This document shows positions 26,560 to 36,680 of a DNA stretch of 64,000 nucleotides, piece by piece. The notes beneath the pieces were generated by a model that did no database searches, was not told the origin of the DNA, and saw nothing but the letters and a program-made list of their open reading frames with translations. The position numbers and the translations under genes were made by a program. The number at the start of each line of letters is the position of its first letter. Within the stretch, counting starts at the first letter, position 1. Origin of the DNA: Octopus sinensis (taxonomy: Eukaryota); assembly GCF_006345805.1 (NCBI RefSeq), contig NC_042999.1, positions 139,500,001 to 139,564,000 on the forward strand, in the 5' to 3' direction.

Positions 26560-28987
26560 TATGAGTATACTAACCTCAAGGACTGCAATCCATTTTTCTC
26601 AAGAATGAAAATTTTACAAATTCTCAAAATTTAGTATACAAAATAAATGTTATAGGTAATGAGTGTTCCAGTTGACCCAATCAACAGAACAGCCAGCTCT
26701 TAAAAGTATCATGCAAGTGGTTGAGAATTCCACAGATACACATACCCATAATATAGTTCTCTGGGAGATTCAGTGTGACACAGAAATTGAAATGGTTGGC
26801 CCTTTCGATTACAGCTACAACTCATTTTTCCCAGTTGAGTGGACTGGAGCAATGTGAAATAAAGAGTCTTGCTCAAGGATACAATATGTCACAAAGAATC
26901 GAACTCACAACCTTACAATCATGAGCTGAATACCTTAACCACTAAGCCACACACTTTCACATATTATGAGTAAATACAGGATAAATAAATAAAATAGTAA
27001 AAATGAAAAAAAGCTTTACGATTTGAAAAGTTAAAATAATTAAAGGTTGTGCAAATATAAAACACATATTGATATATTCCATAACCTTATTGGTTGCAGA
27101 GGTATTGCAAAAATTTTCAGATTCATGTAGCATTTCTAGGAAGTGCTGGTGCCACGTTAAAAGCACTGGTGCTACATAAAATCACCCAGTACACTCTGTG
27201 AAGTGGTTGGCATTAGGAAGGGCATCCAACCAGAACAGCCATGCCATAACAGACAATGGAGCCCTAGTGCAGCCCTTGGCCTTACCAGCTCCAATCAAAC
27301 TATCTAACCCATGCCAGCATGGAAAGCAGATGTTAAACGGCAGCAATGACGACAACAATGATTCTCCAAGGTTATTCTGGGCTCCAGCATAACCACAGTT
27401 CAGTAACTGAAACCAGTAAAATAAAAAAAGAATAAGCATAAGTGAAGGTTTGCTTTGATAAAATTGTGGATTTTATATATATATACATATATATATATAT
27501 AAATATACATATATATATATAAATATATACATATATATATGTGACCGCATGTGTACTGTTGTCGATTTTTTTTACTCCATCTTCCCTTCTTTGGATCTTT
27601 CCTTTTCCTATGTTTCTGACAAAGAGCTCTGCTCGAAACGTTAAACCCTTCTTCTTACCTTCTTTCCTGAGCGTCCAATAATGCTATACTTGTTCCACAT
27701 CCTCGTGTTGTGTTTTCTCTTTGCGTTTTCATGTTTGGATTAGCTATATATATATATATATATTAGCTTAAAAGCTTCAGTCCATGCAGACTTTTAAGCT
27801 ATCTCCTGAAAAGGGTTAACTGGGCCTGTGGCCCAAGTTCTTATCATGACATAAAATTAACAAAGTGAATATCATTTATCTCCCTCTTGATTTCTGATGT
27901 CATCTGACAAACACCAAGCAAGATGGTGTGAATCAGCCAAGCTTTACCTGCTAGAAATAGCAACCCAAATGTTTTTAAATCATATCAGAACACTGGATGT
28001 TCAAGAACCGAATGAAGGGCAAATTTTCAATCCTGGGATCCTCCTGATTCCAAAAAGGTATAATATCTCTATGTAGAGCAAATGCAGACTGAGATACACA
28101 CAGACAGAATTTCACGTTTTTTATAATAGATATATAAAGAAGACAATACTTACTTTCTCTGGTTTAGGTAGTTCCAGTGGCATTTCATAAAAGAGCATAT
28201 CTTTGATATTCCCCTGAGTCTCCGTCCATAATTTGTTATAGCAACTGCAAATATACAGGAAATGTCATTCAATCTGTATGATCAGTGCCTTGAAGTAGAG
28301 CTAAACTTAAGGCAAATCAACCCTACAAACTCAGTCCAATTCTTAATTTTATACATTATAAATACCCATAAGACATTTAATCATCTTCATAATTTAATGT
28401 CTGCTTTCTATGCTGGCATGGGTTGGACAGTTTGACATGGAATTGGCAAGCTGCATAGGTGTGTCAGGTTCCAATGTTCATTTTCAGTTAATCTATAAAT
28501 CTAAGATGTTGTAGCTATGTACAAACATAAACTCAAACAAAAACATATCAAAAAGGAAACAAACAGAAACAAAACCCTTACTACTTGTAAGCTGAAATAT
28601 ATTTTAACATATAAAAGAGTTCTGTAGAACCATTTAGCAAAGTTCAGAAAAATCCTTTAGTAGGGTTTGGGAGGGGCCTCACATAAAATATGTACCCAGG
28701 ACAGTAAATTTGTTGCTGATAGAAATGGCATCCAACTGTAGAAATCATGTGAAATGAAAACAGAAGAAAGAGCACGGTCGTCTGGTCAGACCTTGAAGGA
28801 CAGTAGTGACCCAAAACAAAAACTAACTCAGACTATGGTGACATATCCAACCCATGTCAGTACAAAAAGTGGATGTAAAATGAAAATGATGATGATGGTG
28901 GTGATTCATACATGAAATGCTGAGAAACTGAATGATAGTTTCTGTATGAGAATCTCTCTCTCTCTCACCTCTCTTGCTCTCTCTCTC

Positions 28988-29026
<39 letters not shown>

Positions 29027-31708
29027 GCAATTCAAACTAATACAGCTTCTTATAGACTCAATGGTTGCCTGGATTGTAGATGGGTAGTAAACTACTGAAA
29101 AGCTATATTATTAATACACTTAATTTTCAGTCAATCTGTTGCACACACAATTTTTTCTGGTTCACACAGCAAAGTAACTGATATTTTTCACTCATAATAG
29201 CTTCTACATATTCCTTAGAATGTGGCACAAGCAAAACCCAAATTGAGTCTTTGGTAAAGTGGCAATTCCATACTATCAGCAGCAGCAGCAGCAGCAGCCG
29301 TTCAAGAATTTGGATCTGGAGATCTCCATTTCCAGCAACTTCGAGGGCCACCTCCTAGTGGTGTTGGGCATCAACAAAGAGCCCTCGACTACAACAAGAC
29401 GACCAAAGTTTTTTTGTTTTGTTTTTTTTCCAAGGTCTGGAGTCTCCTACTCCTAAGCCCTAGACCATCACCTAATCCCCCCCCTTACCCGCCTTGTTGC
29501 TTAACAGCAACAACAGCAGCATCACAAAACCAGTGATCTAGCAGAATCATTGGCATATTGAACAAACAGCTTAGCAGCATTTCTTCTGACTCATTACATT
29601 CTGAGTTCAAATTCTGCTGAGGTCAACATTTCCTTTCATCCTTAAGGGTTGATAAAATAAGTGCCAGTCAAGCACTGGTGTAGATGTAATCAAGTAGCCC
29701 CTTACTCCCAAAATTCCAGGCATTGGGCCTATAGTGGAAAGGATTATTATTATTATTATTATTATTATTATCATTATCATTCAGTGATCTGGTAGCATCG
29801 TTAGCATGCTGCGTGAAAAGCTTAGCGATATTTCGTCTGTCGCTATCTTCTGAGTTCAAATTCTGCTGAGGTCAACTTTGCCTCTCATCTTTTCAGGGTT
29901 GATGAATTAGATGCCAGTCAAAAATCCAGGCCTTGTCCCTATAGTAGGAAGGGTTATTATTATTTTTATTATGATTAAGGTGGCAAGCTGGCAGAATTGT
30001 CAGCATGTCATATGAAGTGTCTATTTTTACATTCTGAGTTCAAGTTCTGCTGAGGCCCAACTTTGCTTTTCGTCCTCTCAGGGCTGATAAAATAAGTACC
30101 AGTTGAGCACTGGGGTCGATGTAATCGACTAGCCCCCTCCCGCAAACTTTCTAGCCTTGTGCCAAAATTTGAAAACATGGCAAATAAATGAAATCATTAT
30201 TATTGGTGGTGGTCATGGTTGTGGTGGTAGTAGTAGTAGTAGTAGTAGAGCAGTGGATAAGATGTCCTGTGGTATTATACCCCACTTTTTCATTCTCAAA
30301 TCCTGCTAGGGCCAACTTTGATTTCTATTCTTTTGAGACCAATAAAATAAAATACCAGTCTAGTACAGGGGTCAATGTAACTGACTCATGGTCACCTCTC
30401 AAAATTGCTGGTTTTGTACCTCATACTCTGTTACTGTTACTTATTTTAATATCTAAAGGAAATTGATGGGAAGTTGAATATATTATTCACTTGTATTATA
30501 TCACTTCACACACATGAACCATCGCTCATTATTTAGCATACCTACATTCGTGTACCCCACCCCACTGACTTTGTTTCTGCATAACTTCCAGAAAAATGAA
30601 TATTTTTTTAATGAAATTTTCTACAGATACACTTCAGATTGGGTAGATTCCGATTACATAGGAATTTGTTGTGAAAAAGTTTTTCCAAGGTTGGGAGAGG
30701 AGTTCCAGTAAATTCACAAGAGTCAACTCCTAACTTTCAGAAAAATGGATATTCTTTTATGAAATTTTCTAGAAATACCTATCAGATGGTGTAGATTACC
30801 ATTATATTGGAATTTAATGTGAAAAATAAAATTGTTGGGCACGCACACATTCATACTGTAATACTTTTCAATTTTTTCCGAAATTTCAAGTTTCATCTTG
30901 TCGATCTTTGTCGTGTGTCTGTACGTATGTGTGCAAGCCCAACAATATTTTCCATACTAAAATCCGATATAATCATTATCTACACAGTCGGAAAGGTATT
31001 TGCAGAAAAGTTCATAAAAAATACCCATTTTTCTGAAAGTTATGAGGAAACAAAACTGATTCGTATTTTCCGAAACTCCTTTCCCCACTCTTGAACAAAT
31101 TTTTCTTTTTGATACAAATTCCAATATAAACGGAATCTACACCGTCTGAAGAGTATTTCTAGATAATTTCATTAAAAAATATCCATTTTCTAGAAGTTAT
31201 GAGAAACAAATTCGTGGGTGTGGGGCGCATTTGTGGGTAAATTTTTGGTAAAATTACTAAGTAACACCCGCGCGATTTTCACTAAGGAAAAAAAAACTCG
31301 GATTTTTAGCGTAGAATCAAGTACTCTGACCTCCTAATATGCTGCAAATCCCTTATTTTGGTTCGGAAAAAAGAGTAGGGGCCGGGGGGAGGGTTAAGAT
31401 GTAAACATTAACCAATACCCGATATTATTATAGACACACAAGACGCATTACTCCCACTGTGGGATTTAGACGACTCTGCTTTTATTCAATGATTGATGAA
31501 GCATGTTTAAAAAGAGAAAATTGTCAAAATTTCATAGACATTGAAGTTAACGATTATTCAGGCAAACTATAGAGAACTTCTCTACTAAATGTAATCAATC
31601 GATACTTTAAAAAGAATAAATGTGCATCTGACAACATGTATTTTCGATAAATAAACTTAATTGGTCTATAATTATTATCCAACTTATGTAGACTTACCTG
31701 TGAGACAT
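167..31708 (-). CDS. IQCA1: IQ and AAA domain-containing protein 1 (DRC11), 5' part; spliced, continues beyond window start
   Basis: Exons 31698-31708, 28154-28244, 25528-25764, 24757-24876, 21673-21861, 18348-18419, 14738-14946, 5902-6010, 4363-4455, 3980-4055 and 167-315 have GT-AG boundaries and join in frame (1356 nt, 452 codons). The translation [69 protein letters not shown] matches the recalled IQCA1 N-terminal half including the IQ motif. AAA-domain exons would lie left of position 1. Confidence 0.93.
1513..2665. repeat. 22-bp minisatellite, about 52 copies
   Basis: Unit CTTCATGTTGTTAAG(G/A)TAAA(T/A)C; two 19-bp deletion units near the 3' end. Confidence 0.97.
3150..3335. repeat. (ACT)n/(ACC)n microsatellite
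   Basis: Direct reading; a second tract at about 3640-3730. Confidence 0.95.
3980..4055 (-). CDS. IQCA1: IQCA1 coding exon 10
   Basis: ctaacag / GTAAGC; [25 protein letters not shown] + 1 nt. Confidence 0.9.
4363..4455 (-). CDS. IQCA1: IQCA1 coding exon 9 (K/E-rich)
   Basis: gtttcag / GTAAAC; [31 protein letters not shown]. Confidence 0.85.
5902..6010 (-). CDS. IQCA1: IQCA1 coding exon 8
   Basis: atttcag / GTAAGA; (R)[36 protein letters not shown]. Confidence 0.93.
6446..6863 (+). repeat. 5' LTR (418 bp)
   Basis: Identical to the 3' LTR by eye except a 4-bp indel (AGCA); AATAAA at 6733-6738. Confidence 0.97.
6866..6875 (+). other. Primer-binding site (tRNA-Trp)
   Basis: TGGTGACCCC is the reverse complement of GGGGTCACCA, the 3' end of eukaryotic tRNA-Trp; 2 nt after the LTR. 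Confidence 0.75.
7209..10891 (+). pseudogene. Frameshifted gag-pol of the Gypsy element
   Basis: Motifs spread across ORFs at 7209, 7561, 8143, 8590, 8670, 8833, 9090, 9847 and 10115. Confidence 0.9.
11016..11429 (+). repeat. 3' LTR (414 bp)
   Basis: Preceded by the PPT at 11007-11013 and followed by the TSD CTGA. Confidence 0.97.
13393..14660 (-). mobile_element. Mariner (DD34D-type) DNA transposon, defective
   Basis: About 37-bp imperfect TIRs (CGAGGGGCGTTCAATAAGTAATGC... / ...GCATTACTTATTGAACGCCATTCC), TA on both sides, 1268 bp. Transposase from ATG at 14509 with an early stop; [25 protein letters not shown] and [11 protein letters not shown] motifs. Confidence 0.93.
14738..14946 (-). 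CDS. IQCA1: IQCA1 coding exon 7
   Basis: atttaag / GTACAG; [10 protein letters not shown]...[10 protein letters not shown] + 2 nt. Confidence 0.93.
15699..15734 (-). ncRNA. Degenerate minimal hammerhead motif (core CUGUAGA)
   Basis: CTTT-CTGTAGA-AGAGC-GTAG-GCTC-GAAA-CGT-A-AAAG; all helices present, core position 6 non-canonical. Confidence 0.55.
17414..17600. mobile_element. Terminal fragment of a Tc1/mariner-like element
   Basis: TA followed by CAGGGTGTCCATAAAGTC TIR-like end; no partner end found. Confidence 0.4.
18348..18419 (-). CDS. IQCA1: IQCA1 coding exon 6 (IQ motif second half)
   Basis: tttgcag / GTGAGA; [24 protein letters not shown]; not in the ORF track. Confidence 0.92.
18470..19300 (-). 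mobile_element. R4/Dong-like non-LTR fragment
   Basis: [15 protein letters not shown]...KILT..G...NSDIDRLYL and [16 protein letters not shown] remnants. Confidence 0.65.
19729..19959 (-). mobile_element. Young tRNA-type SINE with 16-bp TSD
   Basis: TSD GGACTGACATATATAT at 19713-19728 and 19960-19975; B-box-like GTTCCGAGTTCAAATTCC. Related copies at about 880-1060, 2925-3145, 22960-23180, 25215-25425, 29545-30420, 32995-33206 and 53400-53545. Confidence 0.85.
19981..20536 (+). mobile_element. Penelope pLTR/retrozyme-like unit (about 427-bp period, about 1.3 copies)
   Basis: About 128-bp direct repeats at 19981-20108 and 20407-20536 flank the hammerhead. Confidence 0.6.
20275..20345 (+). ncRNA. 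Minimal type I hammerhead ribozyme (Penelope/retrozyme type)
   Basis: Stem I ATGCAG/CTGCAT; core CTGATGA (20281-20287); stem II AGAC/GTCT; GAAA (20330-20333); palindromic stem III ACCGGT; GUC cleavage site after 20339. Confidence 0.8.
21673..21861 (-). CDS. IQCA1: IQCA1 coding exon 5
   Basis: aaacag / GTGACT; [30 protein letters not shown]...ALLIQK (63 codons). Confidence 0.95.
21995..22245. repeat. 26-bp tandem repeat, about 9 copies
   Basis: CATAAAAAGCACTCATGCTGGTGCCA units directly upstream of an RTE tail. Confidence 0.9.
23285..23890 (-). mobile_element. CR1-type LINE 3' fragment
   Basis: [25 protein letters not shown]...GH.YKV.K...FFTLRV..AWSKL, a typical CR1 ORF2 C-terminus; (TAA)n tail. 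Confidence 0.8.
24757..24876 (-). CDS. IQCA1: IQCA1 coding exon 4
   Basis: tttcag / GTAAGT; [23 protein letters not shown]...VLDK (40 codons). Confidence 0.95.
25528..25764 (-). CDS. IQCA1: IQCA1 coding exon 3
   Basis: ttttgtag / GTAAGT; [16 protein letters not shown]...[14 protein letters not shown] (79 codons). Confidence 0.95.
26248..26558. repeat. Compound (TG)n-CATGTATG(CATG) microsatellite
   Basis: Direct reading; other (TG/CA)n tracts at 15835-15945, 17845-17940, 22700-22790 and 24264-24298; (CT)n at 28953-29025. Confidence 0.95.
27612..27646 (+). ncRNA. Degenerate minimal hammerhead motif (core CUGACAA)
   Basis: GTTT-CTGACAA-AGAGC-TCT-GCTC-GAAA-CGT-T-AAAC; G8 to A, consistent with CpG decay of CTGACGA. 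Confidence 0.55.
28154..28244 (-). CDS. IQCA1: IQCA1 coding exon 2
   Basis: tttgcag acceptor, GTAAGT donor; [30 protein letters not shown]. Confidence 0.88.
30550..31230. repeat. Inverted repeat element in IQCA1 intron 1
   Basis: About 150-bp arms at about 30550-30700 and 31080-31230 with internal sub-repeats; similar unclassified sequence at about 52600-53330. Confidence 0.6.
31698..31708 (-). CDS. IQCA1: IQCA1 coding exon 1 (MSH + 2 nt)
   Basis: ATGTCTCACAG followed by GTAAGT donor. The 11-nt phase-2 exon joins the next exon to give MSHSCYNKLW. Confidence 0.75.
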
Positions 31709-31784
31709 TTTTTTTTTTTTTTCAAAGCAATGCAAATCCCTTGACTTAAATCCAAACTATATCAAACACAACTCTTTTTGAGTT

Positions 31785-31798
31785 GTAACCATGGAAAT
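31785..31798. promoter_or_regulatory. Candidate RFX X-box upstream of IQCA1
   Basis: GTAACCATGGAAAT, a near-palindromic match to the X-box GTTGCCATGGCAAC, about 77 bp upstream of the ATG of a motile-cilium gene. Confidence 0.55.
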
Positions 31799-32689
31799 AG
31801 TTGCAATGAGAGTTACTTCCCTTGGGTCACAAGCGCTTGATTACTTCGACTTTAAGCGAACCGACGAGGGAACGATTTGCGGTCGTTCGACCTGCTAGAA
31901 ATAGAGGCCAAATACCCCCAAATAGTAAACACTCTTACTCGTTGAAAAGACATGCACCGTTTTGTGGCCAAGGTATTTAACTCGCAAGTTGTTTTCTGCA
32001 TTTTGATAAAAATACGAATCACTTCATCAGAAAGTATAAACAGAAATTTTACCGGTGAATGTGTAACATTACAAGGCAAAGAAAATGACTCTCCCCAGAC
32101 ACAACAGAATATGCTTCAACACACGAACTCATATAAAGAATCTCGCAAACCAAATCCAAAAACGAAATATAAACAGAAAGAGTTCTATAAAATTTTTAAC
32201 AAAAACAACGAAAAGCTTTCTCAGTATTCGGCTTCAAACCTTTATCAAACATTCAATTTGCTTGGTTCTGATTGTAGAATGTGTGCGATGGTTAGTTTTC
32301 AAAAGTCAATGTTACATAAAACTCATCAATTTCATGCATCTTCCACCAAACGGACATCATTCTCAACAACGTTGGTGGTGGTGATTGCGATCCTTCGGTA
32401 TAGGTACCGTAATTGGCTTTGTTTACATTTCTGAAGATAACAGAAACCCTTTTCTCCCACCCCTAACCCTGATTATTATTATTATGTTTGACTTTTGCTT
32501 TGTATTTGTACAAGTTGGTTCCAAGTCTCACCCAGAGACTTCAAGAGACAAAAAGTTAGAAGTTCATGTTGGTGTTATGCCTGGGGTGTCATATATTTGG
32601 TTTTGCACGTAGTATTTTCTAGAGAATGTTTGAGAAAACATAAGAAAATTATAAGTTTGTTTCAAAAATTTGAAATTACATGGACAGTA

Positions 32690-32975
32690 TTTTACGTAGG
32701 ATATGGGCAGATCCCATGAGCACTATATTTTTAATTTCTGCCATTTTAGGGTTTCCTGGTATCTGAGCTAGGTAACAATCAGCCCCTTTTGCTATCTTTT
32801 CTAGGATACCTATAACAACAAGTATTATTTTAGTCTTGAGGTTGCACATTTTGCCAATTTCAAGATCTTTATATTTGCTTAATTTTTGGTAGGTCTTGAC
32901 AGATACATTTATATCGATTGGGACAGTCATATCAATGAGGAAGCATAACTTTTGTCTGAAGTCTTTCAATATAAT
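32690..32975 (-). mobile_element. R4/Dong-like REL endonuclease 3' end
   Basis: LIDMTVP.D.N...K..KYKDLE...VVIG...MGSAHILRKIL. Confidence 0.7.
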
Positions 32976-33482
32976 GTCTGTATTATTATTATTAAGGCAG
33001 GATCGTTAGCCACGCAGGGCGAAATGCGTAGCCGTATTTCGTCTGCCGTTACGTTCTGAGTTCAAATTCCGCCGAGGTCGACTTTGCCTTTCATCCTTTC
33101 GGGGTCGATAAATTAAGTAGCAGTTACGCGCTGGGGTCGATATAATCGACTTAATCCTTGTTTGTCCTCTCTGTATTTAGCCCCTTGTGGGTAGTAACGA
33201 AATAGGCATTTCATTTGTCCCCATTATTTAATGGGGGGGGGGGCGATAACCAGAAAGTACCCGTGTTTTTTGTTTAATCTTTCATCACAGTCATTGGACT
33301 GTGGTCATGATGGGGCATCACTTTCAAGGGTTTAGTCGAACAGGTCGACCCCAATACTTATTTTTAATCTAGTACTTGTGCTATCGGTCTCGTTTTGGTG
33401 AACAGCTACGTTACGGGAACGAATACAAGCCAACACTAGTTATCAAGCTGTAGGGGAACGAAGAAGCACACACATGCATATA

Positions 33483-34024
33483 CAGGGTGGCCCGTCACTC
33501 CCTACCCATCCATATATCTAATGTATCCAGTGTATCTGTGTGCTGTCATTCATTCTCGTTGCATAATATTATGCGACGCCATGTTCTGTGAGAGATTTTC
33601 TCTCAACATAGCAGGGGTTATTGTTCCAAATACCGCGGTAACAGCTGCCTTCAATTAGTCATTGGGATTATAACGTTGTTCAGATAAAATATCCTTTATG
33701 TATCTCCAAAGAGTTTTCACATGCTGTTAAGTCCGGACTTCTTGCTGGCCATTTCATGGGCGGCGGGGATGTTACTGAACCACAACCTATCCAGTTGTCT
33801 GGAAAAGTGTCATTAAGATAATCTCGCACACTAAGGGCATAATGAGCCGGAGTTCCATCTTGTTGAAACCAAAATTTCCTCTCTGATTCCAAGTTCATAG
33901 AGTTTTGGTATAAATAATTGTTGTAACATATTTAGATATGAGGTCTGGTTTACTGGCCCTCGTTGACGGGCTAGTAAACCATACCAGTAACATATGGACG
34001 GATAGGGACTTACGGGCCACCCTG
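33483..34024 (-). mobile_element. Internally deleted Tc1/mariner-superfamily element (rosa/DD41D-like C-terminus)
   Basis: About 34-bp TIRs CAGGGTGGCCCGT.../...ACGGGCCACCCTG; remnant WFQQDGTPAHY...WIG...WPARSPDLT. Confidence 0.82.
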
Positions 34025-35240
34025 TGTGTGTGTGTAAACGAGGGTGGGCGGAAACGTTCATAGGCTGACCAAGATACTCTCATGAGGGGGAAGATTGAAA
34101 AGAGGCAGAGAAATTTTCATGCTTAGTAAAATTATAAGATGAATACTGTTTTGTTTCCTCGTTAATAAAGAAGCGGGGAGTAAAGAATTTTATATTTATT
34201 TTGAGGGGAGGTGTTGGTATTCATCAGGTGGAAAACCACATAAAAAAGGAAAGAAGGATCGATAGATGGATGGAGGGACGGGTGGGTGGGTGGGTCTGTC
34301 TATCTAGCGGACTCGTTAAATGGGCCATGATCTTTTGACTTACGTTCTGAGTTCTTATGCCGCCGGGATCGACTTTGCTTTTCATCCTTTCAAAGTCGAT
34401 AAAACAGGCTGTCCCTTTAATAAAAACCAACTCCAAACTATGTCTGATTAGCATTTATTTATACAGATCTTGTCAGACTAGATCCATTTATACATATCAC
34501 GATATTTACATAATTACACAGACGCTTACCACAGCTGTATTGCGATCTGCCAGTAGTAGATCGAGTTTATAGTTGAGTTAATAATATATAAGAATGACCT
34601 CGTCGTATAAGAGTCGGGATAATACTCTGTTCTACGTAATCGACGTTTCCTTTAACCTAGAGGCAGACATAAACAAATCCTTAAGTAGAACCTGTTAATT
34701 TTAGGACTTGTCTGTGTCCGCCTCTCTTCTCCTGCTTTTTGCCCGCGTTTCTGCTTTTATAACCCCCGTTTAAGTATGAATATCTGGAAATTTGCATAAT
34801 ATGGGAATGATATTTGCAAGATGATTGGCTACTATTTTAAAAAATAAAATATAGGCCTTCAGTACTTTTTTAATTTATTTGTGTTCATCATAATTTTTCA
34901 AAGGGTATTAGTGTTAGCCTGAAAAAAAATCGTTTCCCACTGGAAGTCGAAACCACAACGGTTAAAGCAATGTGATGTTGCACTTTAGGACAAATGGCCA
35001 AGTTATCTCCCATGTCCTTACAATACAATCTTACAATGCATTATACAGACCACTCATTTTTATTGTTTCCTCTTTTTCTTATGTAATATATTACACCGAA
35101 TCAGTCGTGTAATTTCTACAATAGTTTCATGGTACTACACACCATAGAAAATTACGTGGAGGGAGAGGAGAGACGTAGAGGGATAGAAGAATTAGGGAAT
35201 ATATATATATATATATTTGCAAAACAAACAAGGAAAGACT

Positions 35241-35278
<38 letters not shown>

Positions 35279-35279
<1 letters not shown>

Positions 35280-35640
35280 GTGGCTGTGTGGTAAGAAGCT
35301 TGGTTCCCAACCACATGGAGCCTTGGACAAGTGTCTTCTACTATAGCCTCAGGCTGACTAAATCTTTTATGAGTGGATTTGGCAGACGGAAACTGCAAGA
35401 AGCCTGTCATTCATATATATATATATATCTTTATATATATATGTATGTATGTATATATTTGTGTGTCTGTGTTTGCTCCCGCCACCATTGCTTGACAACT
35501 GATGTTAGTGTTTACATCCCTGTAACTTAGCAGTTTGGGAAAAGAGGCTGATAGAATAAGTACTAGGCTTACAAAGAATAAGTTTTGGGGTTGATCTGTT
35601 CAACTAAAGGCAGTGCTCCGGCATGGCTGCAGTGCTTTTT
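35279..35640 (+). mobile_element. Second SINE family (TGGCTGTGTGGTAAG head, internal TA/TG microsatellite)
   Basis: Related copies at 16495-17275 (interrupted) and 24113-24440, and reverse copies at about 17945-18110, 22795-22950 and 42005-42160. Confidence 0.75.
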
Positions 35641-36194
35641 GATTAAACAAATAATTAGAATTTAACAAGATATAAAGTTCAGTACTTTCAAAATCTCAGC
35701 AATGACCCCTGGTGGCCCTGCTTTTCCCTTTTCTTTCTCTAAGAATCTCTCTGTATATATAATATAATATAATGAAATTATTGTATAGTGCTCAGGTGCA
35801 CCACAACTTGTCAGAAAGTGCATATAAAGTATGGTGCCTGCCTACGAGAGACATCTTGATGATTAAGTGAGGTGCATTGGAGATTATCTAAGATTTCAGA
35901 ATATTAGGAAGCTGAGATAAAAATACATTTCTTTTCTTGGGAATGCTAAGCTAAAATAAGTTTTGCCCATTGAAGGATTTCAACTCACAACAGCAAGCTA
36001 ACAAAATACATGATAACCTACACAATGCTTAACCGTTTAGCATTTAAACTGGTCATATCTGGCCCAAATAGTCTATCCATTTTATGTTCAGATTGACCGG
36101 ATTTTATTTCCCACATCTACCCTGCAAAGTTGTTCTAAGACTAAATAATCACATCATCAAAATTTTGAAGTTAAGATAATGCAAGATTAATCCA

Positions 36195-36680
36195 AGCATC
36201 TTCACCAAATCCGCAAGACAGAACATCGGTTTCCAAAAGTGATCCTGTGCAGGCTGGTTCAACTCAGTCTTGAAATCTCCACCCTGATTGATGCCAAGTA
36301 ATCGGCACTCATTGAACATCTGAACAACCCCTCATGTTCCACGAAACTCACCAGATTTGAGGAAGTCAAGTTACTCTGCCAAAGAAGGATTTGCGAGATC
36401 AAGAATCAATGGAGGCAAGCCAAAGCTGTCCAGCTCCAATCCTTTGCCAACAGCTGTGACATGAGGAACTTTTTTGCTGGAACCAAGGAAATCTACGGTC
36501 CCTAAAGATCATCAACATCCCAGCTGAAAACAGCAGACAACTCAACTGTCATCACTGAGAAGGATGGGATTCTTCATTGTTGGAAAGAACACTTCGAAGC
36601 CTTGTTGAATCACCTGTCCACTGCTTCTGAAGACCTGCTGAAAAGCATTCCTCAACACCCTGTCAGACCAAGACATGGCT
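36195..36680 (+). mobile_element. RTE (BovB-like) internal fragment
   Basis: Remnants resembling WRQAKAVQLQSFA..DMRNFF...KEIYGP and WKEHFEALLN. Confidence 0.6.

Noticed and set aside
26033-26627. Multiple 94-162 aa ORFs (HT/CV repeats); similar at 15790-16162 and 17661-18046
   Set aside because: Stop-free (TG/CA)n microsatellites, not genes.
34500-34900. Promoter-like stretch (donor-like GTAAGC, octamer ATTTGCAT, CCAAT) as an upstream IQCA1 exon or snRNA promoter
   Set aside because: No snRNA body found, and the sequence could equally be a repeat remnant; unresolved without data.
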